Below, piece after piece: positions 61,960 through 64,000 of a DNA stretch of 64,000 bases (position 1 is the first letter of the stretch; each line of letters starts with the position of its first letter). The stretch spans positions 1 to 64,000 of the forward strand of contig JAQGDQ010000999.1 in NCBI GenBank assembly GCA_030141605.1, written 5' to 3'. The notes beneath the pieces were generated by a model. The model worked only from the letters and a program-made list of their open reading frames with translations, was not told the DNA's origin and searched no databases. Origin of the DNA: Tubiluchus corallicola (Eukaryota > Animalia > Priapulida). A program made the position numbers and the translations under genes.

Positions 61960-62725
61960 CTGAAATACAAAACATTAATTAAGCATTAAAAATATTTGGC
62001 TTTGTATCTGTGGACTTGCATTCAATCAACTTTGTGCCCGTATGATGGTAGGCTATTCAAACGTTTTTTTCTTTAATATCTTGTTAAACTAAGAGAGCTT
62101 TAGTGCATTGTTTATACATTCATAAGAAATTTTAACATTTTTTATTAATTTCTATGACTTCAAAGTGTTGTCAACTTGGCAGCTTATTTTTGTAAAATGT
62201 GCATTGTGACTTCTAAAATTTCAATTTCTCAGCTGTCACGTCTTTGTCAATACTTGAGATGACAAACACACATGTTTTGTTTTTGCAAATCTGGCATAAA
62301 TTTCGTGCGTAAGCGAGGGCATTTTAATCTTAAGAAATGGAATGCATTAAACATTGCTCATTTAAAACATGTTGAAACTCATAATTCATTGTATAGAATA
62401 CGTTCTTGTGATGTTAAGCTTCTAGCATACTAAGGTATGAAGGCTCAAAGTTTGAAATGTCTGGAGCTAGGTTTTTACTAAAGGATATGGATGCATTGAC
62501 GGGGTTGCCAGGCTTCTTATTTGAAGAGAATTATTGTTTCTTTACATTTTGTTAGAAAAAAATCAGGTCTTATCAGTTTCTTCTAATTTCTACTTTACAA
62601 TGTGTTTTGATTATAATGCACCAACTCATTCATTTTTCGAATAAAAAAACCCTATATATTCTCGATTCACACTTTCTTTGCAATTAATCGTATTTTTCTG
62701 CACTATAGTTTGATCAGACCACAAG

Positions 62726-63090
62726 TAGTGGTGAGCATCGAACGTTCGAATTCGTTTCAAACGAGTTTTTTTAGTTAGAATTCGATTCTAACCTAAAATT
62801 ATAGATTCGAATAATTCAGCACTTCAGCCGCATATGTTCTTTATCATTAAAATGTCATGCAATTAGCACAATTTAGCTGCAAAATTTTTAACAAACTAAT
62901 AGCGGTTTTACCGCAGAACAAAATAAAGTGATATGCATGATCGTTGTAAGACCACTTTTTACTATTGGTTCGAAAATTTGTTCGAAAATCTTTCCAACTC
63001 GATTCAAGTTCGAAATACCGAAATTTGGTTTGATTGGAATTCGAAAGTCACAAATTCGATTAGATTTCTGGTAGAGAATGCTCACCCTTA
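62726..63090. mobile_element. hAT-type MITE rich in TTCGA; related element at ~7858-8250
   Basis: TAGTGGTGAGCAT...ATGCTCACCCTTA termini; near-perfect 8-bp TSD ACCACAAG/AGCACAAG. Confidence 0.7.
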
Positions 63091-63407
63091 AGCACAAGTT
63101 TATTAATAATGACTGGAATGGTTTAAGCTGCCTTTTGTTAGGTTCCCGCAAATACAATACTATAACTGAGGGACTGACGCATATGTAACTGTTGTTAAAT
63201 CCTTATATTAGTTTTTGTTGCAAGTCGAGTTGACCCAACGACGGACTGATGTTGAGTAAAGAATCACTTTTATTGGCTATGGAAAAAAACAGTAGCGGTT
63301 GATTTAAATAAAATCAAAAATGTGCATCCATGTTATTCTAGGAAATTCAACTGTAATTCGGTTAGTTATCTGAAACTGTGCTGAGTGAATAAAGATGATT
63401 AAAAATT

Positions 63408-63901
63408 AACCACTGGGGGGGGGGGGGGGCAAGCCAGCCCAACTCAGTGCCAGTCCCAAGCCTGGATAAATAGGGAGGGTTAGGGTCAGGAAGGGCATCC
63501 TCCTGTAAAAACTGTGCCAAAACCTTCTATGAATGAGTCGGTGAGACTTAAAGGTAAAGTCCACAAAGAAGTGGTCAGACCCGCTCTAATATATGGGCTG
63601 GAAGCAGCTTCTCTAAAGAAGACCGAAGAGAAGGAAATGGGTGGGGTGGAGATGAGGATGTTGAGCTGGATGGTGGGAATAACAAGAAGAGATAAAATTA
63701 GAAATATTAATATCAGAGGAACAGTAAAAGTAGTGGAAGCCTCGCAAGATTGCGATTGTATGGACACCTGAAAAGAAGAGTCGGTGAAGATCATGTGGGA
63801 AGGGAAGACATAATTGAAGAGATGGTCAACAACAGGAATGCGTGGAGAAGACTCATTCACAATGGCGACCCCGCATAGGGAAAAGTTGGGAAGAAGAAGA
63901 A
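63408..63901 (+). mobile_element. Internally deleted non-autonomous RTE element
   Basis: 21-bp TSD GAATAAAGATGATTAAAAATT; LKGKVHKEVVRPALIYGLE...EMRMLSWMVGITRRDKIRN..IRG; (GAA)n tail. Confidence 0.92.
63434..63486 (+). ncRNA. Twister-ribozyme-like motif, probably degenerate, at the RTE 5' end
   Basis: TGCCAGTCCCAAGCCTGGATAAATAGGGAGGG resembles the twister P4/L4 core GCCGGUCCCAAGCCCGG...GAGGG, with compensatory CAG/CTG pairing. Confidence 0.6.
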
Positions 63902-64000
63902 GAATAAAGATGATTAAAAATTGATTATTGTATCTGTGTGTTAAGCCGTGAAGCGTGGTAAGTTTCTATTAAAAAAATGTTTATCTCAAATTACATGTCG

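Overview
AT-rich, intron- and repeat-rich genomic DNA from an invertebrate animal (lophotrochozoan-like by inference; species not determinable). Three spliced genes were reconstructed by hand from splice signals and reading-frame phases. (1) ATP-dependent 6-phosphofructokinase (PFK, minus strand, ATG at 27599, running off the left edge). It has two tandem 71-nt mutually exclusive exon candidates in the regulatory half, a candidate 36-nt linker cassette exon, and decayed intronic duplicates of two catalytic-half exons. (2) Head-to-head with it, a bifunctional pseudouridine-5'-phosphate glycosidase / PfkB-family pseudouridine kinase (plus strand, 36738 to at least 56480). It contains a U12-type intron, and the C-terminal kinase exons are not in the window. 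(3) The last exons of an invertebrate claudin-like gene (minus strand, 60142-61959), apparently nested antisense in an intron of gene 2. Introns carry hAT, Tc1/mariner, piggyBac and Kolobok-like MITEs, LINE relics, tRNA-derived SINEs, minisatellites, and two internally deleted RTE elements with 5' ribozyme-like motifs (twister-like and HDV-like). Most ORFs in the supplied track are spurious. Family assignments come from recalled motifs; no database searches were run.
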